DNA from: Minisyncoccota bacterium
GTDB lineage: Bacteria; Verrucomicrobiota; Lentisphaeria; Oligosphaerales; MVZH01
Assembly (NCBI GenBank): GCA_021734725.1
Contig: JAIPIM010000001.1
Coordinates: 1-36,023, forward strand
Length of the DNA: 36,023 nucleotides
Direction: 5' to 3'
The translations under genes and the position numbers were made by a program. The notes below the pieces were generated by a model. It was not told where the DNA came from and did no database searches. It was given only the letters and a program-made list of their open reading frames with translations. Below are positions 25,427-34,682 of the stretch, in pieces. How positions within the stretch are numbered: the first letter of the stretch is position 1; each line of letters opens with the position of its first letter.

Positions 25427-26185
25427 ATGAAACGATTAGTGGGAATGACAACGATGGTGGGGCTCGCGAGTGCGTTCTTGAGTACACAGGCAATGGGGTA
25501 CATGGCGGTCGCGGACTACGGGGATGATTATGTCACCGGCACCGCGGGGAACCCGACGCCGGCGGCCGGTTGGTCGTATTTCTGGAACGATGCCTGGAAT
25601 GAACCGCTTGATCCTACACAATGGGATACGGCCGGTTATTACACGGATTTGTTCTGGAATACCAGCGGCTACTACGATGCAGGTAATCCCGGCATGTCCA
25701 ACGACGACGCATACTATCTTCGCTTGCACCAGAACGGCGGTTCGCCAGGTGAACCTATTGCCAAGGGCTGGCAGAATCGGGCTGTTGTGGCAGGGTATAC
25801 ACTCAGTCAGGATTATACGGACGTACGTATTATCGACAGCCTGTTCGAACATACCGGGTTGACGCACGCCAGCTACGGGAATGCGCTCGAATTCCGGGTG
25901 TATCTGAACGAGAACCTGTTGTTCCGCCAGGATGATCTCCGGGGTGATCCCTACTTTGATACGATGACGTTCGATATGTATATCGGGGATCTTACGGCTG
26001 GCGATTCATTTTACATGGTTGCTATTCCCGACGTTCTGGATGGCGACTATAACGGGCAAGTCTACGGAGATTGGAATACCTTCAACTGGGACTGGACCAT
26101 TGCCATGCCGGAGCCTACGTCGGCCCTGCTGCTGGCCTTCGGTGGATTGGCTCTGTTGCGTCGCCGCCGGGGTGCATCCGCATAG
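25427..26185 (+). CDS. PEP-CTERM sorting-domain secreted protein, rich in aromatic residues
   Basis: A GGAGAGG Shine-Dalgarno sequence precedes ATG 25427, and the ORF is open from 25373. The signal peptide is MKRLVGMTTMVGLASAFLSTQAMG. The C-terminus PEPTSALLLAFGGLALLRRRRG has the PEP motif, a transmembrane helix and an Arg cluster. Confidence 0.85.
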   Translation: MKRLVGMTTMVGLASAFLSTQAMGYMAVADYGDDYVTGTAGNPTPAAGWSYFWNDAWNEPLDPTQWDTAGYYTDLFWNTSGYYDAGNPGMSNDDAYYLRLHQNGGSPGEPIAKGWQNRAVVAGYTLSQDYTDVRIIDSLFEHTGLTHASYGNALEFRVYLNENLLFRQDDLRGDPYFDTMTFDMYIGDLTAGDSFYMVAIPDVLDGDYNGQVYGDWNTFNWDWTIAMPEPTSALLLAFGGLALLRRRRGASA

Positions 26186-26421
26186 ATCCCACGTGCGGTC
26201 AAGACACCACAGTCGAGTTAGGCGAAAGTATAGTATCAGTGTGTAGAAACGTTGGATTTGGGCATATCCCAGATGAACGGTCTCGCGTGACAGTGTACGC
26301 CGTCACAAAGTGGTACAGGCTTCCAGCCTGTGCATAATGAAAGCAAAGACAATACAGGCAGGGCTTACTGTGCCACTCGTGTTGCTCCCGCCCAAAAATC
26401 ATCCAAAGAAAGACCATATTC

Positions 26422-29400
26422 ATGGCCGATCCCCATAGATTCACGCTGGAAGAATTGCTACGACAGGACTGGGAGAAAGAACTGCTGCGCTTCCCCTGTG
26501 AGGACAGCGAAGGACCACTTCATGCGGCGGTCGAGGGCAATGCATTCCCGGCGCAATGCTGGGTCGACCCGGCGGGCAAGAATCATGCTTGCTTCATCGC
26601 CGATCTGCCGGCCCTGGGAAAACGCACGTTCACGGTTGCCCCGGGGCCTGCTGCGCAGGACACGGATCTGACCATCGAGGAAGAGACGCACTGTGTTCGA
26701 CTGCGGACGTCTCGCTTTGGCGTGGATGTCCCCCTGGGGACTTTTTCAGGCGATCACGTTCCAGCACCGATCCGGGGCATGACATGGTCCGACGGAACTT
26801 CTTTTGGCGGCGGCCGCTGGTTTGGCGAGGCACCGGTGAAACTGGAATCCGAGTTGACGGCGACTGGCCCGGTCCTGGCGGAAATCAACATGTCCTGGAC
26901 TTGGTCTGACGGCGCCACTGGAACTCTTCGTCTGGAACTTGCCGCGGGCGACTGTCAGGCGTTGTGGGAGTCCTGGAGTTCGGCGGATCGCAACGACCGC
27001 GGCTGGGATCTGAGCATCCGCGGGCTTGGCCCGCTTATTCTTCACGGCATTGGGGGTGAAAAATGGAAGAATACCTGGGGCATCGAGCGCGGCAAAAGTG
27101 GCGATGTGACCCTCGATGACAAATGGACCGGCATGCTGACCTGTCTCAGCCCGTGGCGTGACTGGTGGGACGATCAGGCGCAAATCAGCTGGACATTCAA
27201 AACAGCGGAACGCGGTTTTGTGTTGCAGGCGCGGCCTCGGGATGTGGGCGACTGGGTCGAGCCCGATCCGCCGGGAACGTTTGCATCATGGGATAAACGC
27301 ATCCACAAATTTCTGCCGATGCATCGGGGCGACGACGGCGATATCTTCCTGCATGTCGACCAGGCCGCCGGGTGGCGCAAGTGGACATTCGGCGCAGCCG
27401 GCAAGCCCGTGGGGCGACACCTGAACGAGATCCATAATGACATGGTTCTGGACTGGCCGGATGACCGACAACACCCGTTTCTGTTTCTGTCGGCGGACGA
27501 TATCGCGGCCAAAAAGCGGCCGCTCGACGACCCGGAGGTCCAGGAATTGCTAACCCACGCAGATGAAGACCTGGATACGCCGTACAAATATGGCGTGGGA
27601 CCGGGCAACGACCATCTGCAGAACGCCGGAGACGATAAAGCCATCTCCGCGTGGTTGCTGACAAACTCGGACGAGGTGGCCGAACGCGTGCACATTGTCG
27701 AACGGCTCCGCGGACGCCTCGACTGGCTGGGCGATTTCGATCTCATGCGGTATGTCACCAAAATTGCGCTGTTTTATGATTTAGTCATAGACTCCGGATT
27801 AGTGACACCTGAGGAACGCCGTGTGTTTAAGGCACAGATGGCGTATCTAGGCTACAAACTGGCAAATCCGGGAACGTGGTCCATGGAACGCGGCTACCGC
27901 AGTGGCCCTCCCAATATGAGCATTTCCTATGTGCTCAACCTTGGAACGGTGGCCTGTGCGATCTGTAATCACCCGGCTGCCAAAGAATGGGCGGCGTATG
28001 CCACGGCTCGCTATCGGCAGTGGATGGTGGAAAAGGCCGGCCCGCATGGCGAGTGGCCGGAAAGCATGCATTACATCCACGTCAGCACGAATGATTTCAT
28101 GACCTACGCGATTGCCTCGCGCAACGCCGGTTTTGCGGACCTTCTCGCGGAGGGGCTCCTGAAACGTGTCATGCTCTATGCGGCCAAGTTGCATGCGCCC
28201 CCTGACCCGCGCGGCAATGAGATTGACGGTCCCATTACGGATCATAGCTGTCGCCGTGCCAATGTCCGCGGGGTGACCCCACTGGGTCGGGCGGGCAGTA
28301 CCGGCACCAGTTTCGGTCACTACGGCGTTTTGGCCAAAGCGACCGCGGAATCGGACCCTGCCTTTTCGCGAATCATGCAATGGCTCTACCGGGAATCGGG
28401 ATGGTGTGAATGCTATGGGAACGAAAGTCTGGACGCTATCCGGCTGGTCTACCCCGACCGGTCACTTCCGGCCGAAAGTCCTGACTGGCACAGCGAACTC
28501 TTGTCGACAGGGCTTTTCATACGCGATCGTGTGGGTCAACCGGACGAAGATCACCTGGTTTTTGAGGGGGGAGCGTTATTTACGACACCCGGCGAAAAAG
28601 GCGGTATGATGCTCTGGTTCTGGAAAGGGGTCCCCATCGTCAGTCGCTTCTCCGGAGGGTATGACGAGCGCGCCGAAGCATTGATCAGCGGCGTCTCCCG
28701 GGCCATCCCCCGAACACCGGAAGATCCAACATCGTGGTGTGATACGGGCGAGCAACGCGCCCTTGAATTTGCCCGTCTGGATTCGGCGGAGTACGCTCTT
28801 CTCGAAGGAGAACGCGGCCCCGCGTACGGTCAGCTGCACGCATACCCTCCCGGGTTCCCCGAGTGGCCCGACTATGAAAACCCGGCAAAGCCGGACGACA
28901 TTATGCATTGGCGTCGTCAGATCCTTTATGTCAAAGATGAGGACGAGGGATCTTTTCTGCTGTTGCGGGACAGCGTAGCCGGGAACAATGCCACCTGGAA
29001 ACTCTGGACCCTCAGTACGGACGTCGCCGCAACCGATGACCGCGCCATGTTCTCCGCCACCGGACAATTCGGGGTGGATCTTGACTGCTTCATTGCTGCT
29101 CCCGCGGATACGCCGCGTCACACCCTGCGGTACGAACGTAAGTACAGCTATGTGAAGAAACTTCTTCAGGGGTTTGTGGACGCCCAGGATCTCTTACAAG
29201 TCGAAGTCCCGGACGGGCAATCCTGCTTTGCCGCCCTTGTGCCGCGCTATCACGACGATGCCCCTCCCGCCATTGAAACCTTTGCCGATGGACGCGTCAT
29301 TCGGCTCAAGAGGGAAACTGCCACGTTCTACGCTGTCCTGGCGGATCAGGATGCGGATGTCCAAGACGAAACGGTCCGTTGCACAGGACCAACGGGATTG

Positions 29401-29706
29401 GTACGGCAGACAGACGATGCGACAACACTGTCCATTTTGAGCGGCGGCCACCTCCGGTTCGCTGATTACGGGGTCCGGAGCACGGAAGCCACGGATGTGG
29501 AAATCACCGCGGACCGAGTGACTGTTCGTGTACCGTACCGAAAAGCATCCACCCGCGTCATTGATCTGTGCCTGCCGGGCGATTGGGAACTGCGTTCGTC
29601 GTCAACCAGTTTTCTCGACCCCAAGCTGATAGCGAATGATGGCTTTTACCGATTACAGATAATTCCCGAAGTCTATCAAGCAGTGACCATTCATCGCCGC
29701 GGGTGA
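26422..29706 (+). CDS. large heparinase II/III-like (alpha/alpha-toroid polysaccharide-lyase-like) protein
   Basis: The protein is 1,094 aa. The segments FLSADDIAAKKRPLDDPEVQELL, GPPNMSISYVLNLGTVA and HGEWPESMHYIHVSTNDF resemble toroid motifs of the heparinase II/III and alginate-lyase superfamily. No signal peptide is evident. The functional call is weak. Confidence 0.5.
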   Translation: MADPHRFTLEELLRQDWEKELLRFPCEDSEGPLHAAVEGNAFPAQCWVDPAGKNHACFIADLPALGKRTFTVAPGPAAQDTDLTIEEETHCVRLRTSRFGVDVPLGTFSGDHVPAPIRGMTWSDGTSFGGGRWFGEAPVKLESELTATGPVLAEINMSWTWSDGATGTLRLELAAGDCQALWESWSSADRNDRGWDLSIRGLGPLILHGIGGEKWKNTWGIERGKSGDVTLDDKWTGMLTCLSPWRDWWDDQAQISWTFKTAERGFVLQARPRDVGDWVEPDPPGTFASWDKRIHKFLPMHRGDDGDIFLHVDQAAGWRKWTFGAAGKPVGRHLNEIHNDMVLDWPDDRQHPFLFLSADDIAAKKRPLDDPEVQELLTHADEDLDTPYKYGVGPGNDHLQNAGDDKAISAWLLTNSDEVAERVHIVERLRGRLDWLGDFDLMRYVTKIALFYDLVIDSGLVTPEERRVFKAQMAYLGYKLANPGTWSMERGYRSGPPNMSISYVLNLGTVACAICNHPAAKEWAAYATARYRQWMVEKAGPHGEWPESMHYIHVSTNDFMTYAIASRNAGFADLLAEGLLKRVMLYAAKLHAPPDPRGNEIDGPITDHSCRRANVRGVTPLGRAGSTGTSFGHYGVLAKATAESDPAFSRIMQWLYRESGWCECYGNESLDAIRLVYPDRSLPAESPDWHSELLSTGLFIRDRVGQPDEDHLVFEGGALFTTPGEKGGMMLWFWKGVPIVSRFSGGYDERAEALISGVSRAIPRTPEDPTSWCDTGEQRALEFARLDSAEYALLEGERGPAYGQLHAYPPGFPEWPDYENPAKPDDIMHWRRQILYVKDEDEGSFLLLRDSVAGNNATWKLWTLSTDVAATDDRAMFSATGQFGVDLDCFIAAPADTPRHTLRYERKYSYVKKLLQGFVDAQDLLQVEVPDGQSCFAALVPRYHDDAPPAIETFADGRVIRLKRETATFYAVLADQDADVQDETVRCTGPTGLVRQTDDATTLSILSGGHLRFADYGVRSTEATDVEITADRVTVRVPYRKASTRVIDLCLPGDWELRSSSTSFLDPKLIANDGFYRLQIIPEVYQAVTIHRRG

Positions 29707-29912
29707 GATACGGCCTGCCATTGCGGGTGGGGTGACGTATACTATGTTGGGTTACCGCGGATCGTCTAATGCCCGGAAGCGGTGTTCAGAATCTTGCCTC
29801 ACGGAAAATTCAATATGTCTTGGTACCGCTTCCACTTTCCGCCTCAAGGCCTTGTTTGAGTACAAGCGATCAAGATCTCTTGGGGGTTTTGGTATCCCAA
29901 TTGCGGGGTTGC

Positions 29913-31166
29913 TCAAAAAGCGTCTTCAGCCTCTTTCTGGGCTTTTACGCCGTAGACGATGATCGCTTTGCCCGCGCGGATTGCCGGACAGGTTTGTTCG
30001 CAGTGACCGCAGCCGCGGCAGATATCCGGAAGCACCACGGGACGAGGGATCCCTTCCGGACTCGGTTCGTTTTCGATTGCCAGGTAAGGACAGTGTTCCT
30101 GGCAGACCATGCAGTATTCGTTGTCCGCCCACGCCAGGCACGCTTCGCGTCTCACTTTAGCCACACCGATCTGACGATGGCGTTTTTCGTCGACTGTTAG
30201 CGGTTGAAGTGCCCCCGCCGGGCACACCTGGGTGCATTCATTGCAGAATTCCTCACAATGCGCTTTGTCCTGCTCCAGCTCCGGGTGAAAGAACTGCGAG
30301 ATCCGGCGACCGACGGGATTCCCTACTCGAATGACGCCGCTGGGACAGGCGTTAACACAAGCGTAGCATCGTGTGCAACGTGCCGCGAATGTGTCGATAT
30401 CTTTGGCGCCGGGGGGGAGGACGGGATGGTCCTCTTCAGCGCCTTTCGCTCGTGGAAACTTACGGGCGATGAAGGCCAGCGGGATACCGATGAAAAGGCC
30501 GAGTACAACCTCGCGTCGCAGTTCGGGAGATTGCCAGCGACGTTTGAGAGAGCGCCGATAAACCAGATCGAAGCAATATCCCAGGGGGCAAAAATGCGTG
30601 CACCAAAGCAATGGCTGGACCGCGCTTAGGAGCAGAAACAGGGGTAGGATGATTCCGGGGATAATGCTTGCGGCGGTATATGTACCTGTGATCAAGATGG
30701 TTGCTCGATTGAAGTTTGCCAGAGGATCGAGAAAAATGAACAGCGGCATGCCGATAGCCGCTCCTCCCAGGATGGACCAGAACACGATACCGCTGAGGCG
30801 TTTTGGAACCAGCGTTTTTTTCATGCTGAAGGTTGCTGGAATGGCGTACGCCGTGCCGGCCGGGCATACCCAGCGACAGAACAAACGACCTTTCCAGACC
30901 GCCAGAAGTAGAACGGCCAAGGGTGGCAATCCCCAGTAAAGACCTGCATACCAACTCGTTTCCGTGAGCGTGCTCGATGCTAAGACCAGTGGGCTCAGTC
31001 CGGGGAAAATGCGCGCAATGCTCGTCGGCAAGTTTTCCAGCTTTGGAAATAATTCAACCGCGATTCCCGGGAGGGGCCCCCCGATGGCAAAAAATACCGC
31101 AAGAACGAGAAACAGTAGCCGGACCGTCCAGCGGATGGTGCGTTTAAGCGTGACTCGTTTTTTCAT
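29913..31166 (-). CDS. membrane polyferredoxin of the NapH/MauN/CcoG type (4 x [4Fe-4S] motifs)
   Basis: The N-terminal ~230 aa are polytopic and carry two CxxxCP motifs (FCRWVCPAG, WCTHFCPLG). The C-terminus carries CTRCYACVNACP, CEEFCNECTQVCP, CMVCQEHCP and CRGCGHCEQTCP. Confidence 0.85.
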   Translation of the reverse strand: MKKRVTLKRTIRWTVRLLFLVLAVFFAIGGPLPGIAVELFPKLENLPTSIARIFPGLSPLVLASSTLTETSWYAGLYWGLPPLAVLLLAVWKGRLFCRWVCPAGTAYAIPATFSMKKTLVPKRLSGIVFWSILGGAAIGMPLFIFLDPLANFNRATILITGTYTAASIIPGIILPLFLLLSAVQPLLWCTHFCPLGYCFDLVYRRSLKRRWQSPELRREVVLGLFIGIPLAFIARKFPRAKGAEEDHPVLPPGAKDIDTFAARCTRCYACVNACPSGVIRVGNPVGRRISQFFHPELEQDKAHCEEFCNECTQVCPAGALQPLTVDEKRHRQIGVAKVRREACLAWADNEYCMVCQEHCPYLAIENEPSPEGIPRPVVLPDICRGCGHCEQTCPAIRAGKAIIVYGVKAQKEAEDAF

Positions 31167-31212
31167 GATTTTCTTTAGCTACAGGGGTTTATGAATTCCA
31201 GGGACTTCATCC

Positions 31213-31260
31213 CTTCGCTATGCATGCAGCTCCCCGTCGGGGAGCCCACCCGAAGCGAAG
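31213..31260 (-). other. compound stem-loop between the DUF362 and polyferredoxin genes
   Basis: The outer stem pairs CTTCGCT (31213-31219) with AGCGAAG (31254-31260). It encloses the palindrome TGCATGCA and a perfect hairpin GCTCCCC-GTC-GGGGAGC (31229-31245). Confidence 0.5.
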
Positions 31261-31287
31261 CCCCAAGCCCCAAGAATCCAAAACACC
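31260..31287. repeat. heptamer tandem repeat GCCCCAA GCCCCAA GAATCCA AAACACC
   Basis: Read directly. It is intergenic, 34-61 nt downstream of the DUF362 stop at 31321. Confidence 0.75.
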
Positions 31288-31320
31288 TGTTTGAATGGCA
31301 CCCGATGTTCTGTCGGGTTG

Positions 31321-32241
31321 CTAAGCCTCAACCTTATGAACCGTAATGCGATCAGGACTGACCACGCCAATACCCATGTCATCGGCGAATTTCAAGAATG
31401 GTATTTCATACGGGCTGTCGTGAAACAGTAGAGTTGCTACGGAGTCTGCCGCCACTTGGTCCTTGGACAGAATTAGCAAGTTTGGATGTTTCATGTCTCG
31501 AGTTGGTCCCTGGGGACCGCGCGTGAGCATGATACGGGTTGCGTCGATGATGGTCCAGTTCGGTTTCATGAATGACCCGAAGTCGGCAATGCACTGGTGC
31601 AGGTTATTCCGATGCCAGTAGCCGCGATCCCACACGGCGCCCATCCAGTTTTTCAGAGCCATCGTAAGCTTAGCTCCGCCATGATGTTTGGCAATCGGCA
31701 TATTGACAACAGCATCGGCTTCCAGAAAGTCTCTGGCAACTTCCGCTTTACGAAGATTTTTTCCGTTGGGTATATTAACATCAGCGAAGCGTTTCTTCTC
31801 GGACTTGAGATCGATCATTGTGCTTCCCGCGGCTTCCACGACTTCCTGTATACCGCTGCGAGTGAACGAGTGTTCTGCTCGTACGCAGGGGTTCTCCGGC
31901 ACCACCGTCTTTGTGATGCCGCGTGCCTGACAGCCCTCGAGAAACGTTTTTATCAACGTTGGATGCGTCGTCGCTCCGCGTTCCGGCTTGCGTGCCCATG
32001 CGGCATTGACTTTAAGGGCGAGGGTTTTGACGTTGGTGCCGAGTCCGCCGTTTTGATCGACGACCTTGAGTGCTTGCGTCATGAGTTTAGCTTTATCGTC
32101 ACCATGGATCATCCAGACTTCCGCTTCAGGTTCCGCGGCAAAAAGCGTGGGCCGTGTCGCCAGAATGGCGGTGCCTGCAATACCTGTTCGGATGAAGTCG
32201 CGACGTGAGATACCGGCTGTCGAGAAGGTCGTTGCTGACAT
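31321..32241 (-). CDS. TAT-exported DUF362-family protein
   Basis: A twin-arginine signal is present (ISRRDFIRTGIAGTAILATRPTLFA). DUF362-like segments are LALKVNAAWARKPERGATTHP, PIAKHHGGAKLTMALKNWMG, IIDATRIMLTRGPQGP and ILSKDQVAADSVA. Confidence 0.8.
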   Translation of the reverse strand: MSATTFSTAGISRRDFIRTGIAGTAILATRPTLFAAEPEAEVWMIHGDDKAKLMTQALKVVDQNGGLGTNVKTLALKVNAAWARKPERGATTHPTLIKTFLEGCQARGITKTVVPENPCVRAEHSFTRSGIQEVVEAAGSTMIDLKSEKKRFADVNIPNGKNLRKAEVARDFLEADAVVNMPIAKHHGGAKLTMALKNWMGAVWDRGYWHRNNLHQCIADFGSFMKPNWTIIDATRIMLTRGPQGPTRDMKHPNLLILSKDQVAADSVATLLFHDSPYEIPFLKFADDMGIGVVSPDRITVHKVEA

Positions 32242-32390
32242 TGTAAGAGCCTTTCTTTCTGTCTGTATTCTACGGGCGACCTAGGGTCTACTGATGGGTG
32301 CGGATTAGTTTTGATGCCGATGATCGGAGGTGCCAGGTGTCGGGTTTCAGAAAACACAAGTAAAAATCCTTCACATGGTTGCGAGTTTAA

Positions 32391-32418
32391 CCCCGAACCC
32401 CGAAACCTGAAACCAGAC
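32391..32418. repeat. heptamer tandem repeat CCCCGAA CCCCGAA ACCTGAA ACCAGAC (GAAC/GAAA cores phased at 7 bp)
   Basis: Read directly. It lies 27-54 nt downstream of the polymerase stop at 32445 and about 150 nt upstream of the DUF362 start. Confidence 0.75.
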
Positions 32419-32444
32419 CAGCTAATCATGCACTTCTCAGTAAC

Positions 32445-34682
32445 TCACAGACCGGGCAGGAGGTCATTTTGTTCCGTTCTGTCAGGGATGAAAGCCGCAA
32501 ATTTTGTATGAAGCTTTTTCAACTTATCCAGGTAATAAGGAATATTTTCGTCGCGAATATTTGGATCGGCATCGGTCAGAAGCTTGGCCGCCTCGGCGAC
32601 CGTGACGTTCTTTTTATCACCCGTGATATAGAAGGCGAGTTGGTCTCCCTGGTTGTAGTCTCGGTCCGCGGCGAGCGCGAGCTCGTATGCCGCGCTTCGA
32701 CGCGTTTTTCCGGCGGCCAATTTTTCCGCATAGACACGAGGTGGGGTCGATAATACCTCCCGTTTGGCAAGCTGTTCAAGTGGCAGTTTGTGGTTTGCTA
32801 TGGTTTTTTCGTACGTTTGATAGAGCGTCTCGGCCTCTGCTTCACGACCGGTGAGCAAGAGGGTAATCAGGTCATGCATATAGCGCCGCTGAAAGGATTC
32901 CAGCCCGCGTGATTTAAGAGCGGCGCCGGTTACCGCGAGTTGTCCTTCGTGTGTGAGCAGGGCATAGTTTTTACTTTTATAGCTGAACATGGCCTGGTAG
33001 GTAGCGTCCAAATCCACTTCGATGCCATGAGGCAGGATGGACTGTATGTCCTTTTCCATGGCAATGGTGTCGTTGCTTGCTGACGGTGGTACGAAGTAGA
33101 TTCCGTCCGTATCCAGTTCGATGACCGCGGCATTCCGGCGTTTCAGAAAGTTCACCATGTCCTGAAGTATTCGTCGTCCTTCAGCGGTAATGGATTCGGC
33201 CAGGTCAAAATCATTGAACGTGGCCTGTGAAAAGCCGAGGTATCCATAAAAGGAATTGATCAATATTTTGAACGAGCTCTGTAAATGTTTGTAATGGTCG
33301 GCGGTACCGCGGTCGGTGCACTGCCGCATGGCGTCTTTCGTTTCAAGGCGGAATTGTCGGAGTTCAGAAAGCAGGGACAGGAAAACGCCCTGGGAGTCGC
33401 TTCGTGGCGTGATTTTTCTGCTGACCATGATAGAGGGGTAGAGCGAGCGCACATCAACATGCCAGACATTGTTGAATATGCCGGACTGTTGAGACTCGGT
33501 CAGGCCACCCCGGAACGGACGCGGCGGCTGGGGTCTCGGAAGCGATGCGTTGCGACGCATGTACTCGCCCACCAGCATGGCGTCAATGCGTGCCGCGCTG
33601 CCGCGGGTTACGCAGTTCTGGTAAGAGAACGGCACTAACTGGGCCTGATAGAAGTAGCTTGGCGACAAGATCTCGCTAATGGCCGACGTTTCGCGGACAT
33701 CATCCATGGCGTATTTTTGCAGGAGGGCGGGATTTTCCCGGTACACCTCTGTGATGGTTTCGCCTGCTACGTATGTTCGGTTGGGGGCGGCCACGCCGAA
33801 ATGGACGGCGACATCTTTCAAGCCATAACTCTCCAGTTCGCGGTATACCACATCGTACAGTTGCGCCAGTTGCAGTGTGTCTATCACATGTCGCCCGAAG
33901 ATGTCGAAGCGTCTATAGGAACTTGTCCGTTCGCCGGATGTGAAACGGGAGGATCGCGCGTTTGCGATTCTCCCTTCACGGCCGATTGCGAGTCGGATCT
34001 TGTGACGTCGGCATCGTGTTTCAATGAATGAGAGGTCAAAATCGAATATGTTGTGGCCTTCAATCACATCCGGATCGCGTTCGGCTATTGCATCGATCAT
34101 ACGATGCAAGATCTCCTCTTCACTGAGTTCCGGACCGGAGAGGCAGAGTTCCCAACCGGTTGTATCGCGCATAGCGATCATGGCGATGCGGTCGTCCTTG
34201 CGCTCGGCATTGGGAAAATCGAACCCCGGGGTGGTAAGTGTCTCGATATCGAGTTGCAGCCGCCGGAGGTCGCCGAATACCATGCCACGGAAGAGCCGGG
34301 CCGGCAGCAGGGACAGCAATTGCTGGCTGAAGTCGTTGAATGCGCGGTAGGGCCCCTTAGGATCGCTCGGGTTATATCCGGTTGTCTTGCGCAGGATCTT
34401 GATTGCTTCGCTATATGCTTTTCCTCCAGAGAAATGCAATCTGTGTTTAAGAACATTGTCATCGTGCAGGGGGACGTGTTCCATGACGTCAGGCACGGTT
34501 TCCGCCAGTTCCTCATCCGCCACCAGGAGCCAGGGATGGAAGGGGACCGTGACGCTCTCCACAGCACCCTCGTCTGTACGTCGGAACAGGGTACCCTTTC
34601 CATGAGGGGTACCCTCGGCCGCCACGAGCCGCTGAACGGTGGATGGAATCAGTTTTTCAAGGGTAGCAAGTGTCTGTGTCAT
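32445..34682 (-). CDS. polB: family-B DNA polymerase with 3'-5' exonuclease (Pol II-like)
   Basis: The exonuclease motifs are ExoI LDIET, ExoII GHNIFDFDLSF and ExoIII YAMDDV. The polymerase motifs are A DVRSLYPSIM, B KILINSFYGYLG and C ELDTDGIYF. The ORF is open to ATG 34829, but its first 49 codons are basic and atypical, so I prefer the start at MTQTLATLEKL (34682). Confidence 0.85.
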   Translation of the reverse strand: MTQTLATLEKLIPSTVQRLVAAEGTPHGKGTLFRRTDEGAVESVTVPFHPWLLVADEELAETVPDVMEHVPLHDDNVLKHRLHFSGGKAYSEAIKILRKTTGYNPSDPKGPYRAFNDFSQQLLSLLPARLFRGMVFGDLRRLQLDIETLTTPGFDFPNAERKDDRIAMIAMRDTTGWELCLSGPELSEEEILHRMIDAIAERDPDVIEGHNIFDFDLSFIETRCRRHKIRLAIGREGRIANARSSRFTSGERTSSYRRFDIFGRHVIDTLQLAQLYDVVYRELESYGLKDVAVHFGVAAPNRTYVAGETITEVYRENPALLQKYAMDDVRETSAISEILSPSYFYQAQLVPFSYQNCVTRGSAARIDAMLVGEYMRRNASLPRPQPPRPFRGGLTESQQSGIFNNVWHVDVRSLYPSIMVSRKITPRSDSQGVFLSLLSELRQFRLETKDAMRQCTDRGTADHYKHLQSSFKILINSFYGYLGFSQATFNDFDLAESITAEGRRILQDMVNFLKRRNAAVIELDTDGIYFVPPSASNDTIAMEKDIQSILPHGIEVDLDATYQAMFSYKSKNYALLTHEGQLAVTGAALKSRGLESFQRRYMHDLITLLLTGREAEAETLYQTYEKTIANHKLPLEQLAKREVLSTPPRVYAEKLAAGKTRRSAAYELALAADRDYNQGDQLAFYITGDKKNVTVAEAAKLLTDADPNIRDENIPYYLDKLKKLHTKFAAFIPDRTEQNDLLPGL

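Noticed and set aside
26315-26331. Hairpin ACAGGC-TTCCA-GCCTGT after the PEP-CTERM gene as an intrinsic terminator
   Set aside because: The stem is only 6 bp, no T-tract follows it, and it lies 130 nt from the stop codon. The evidence is too weak for a feature call.
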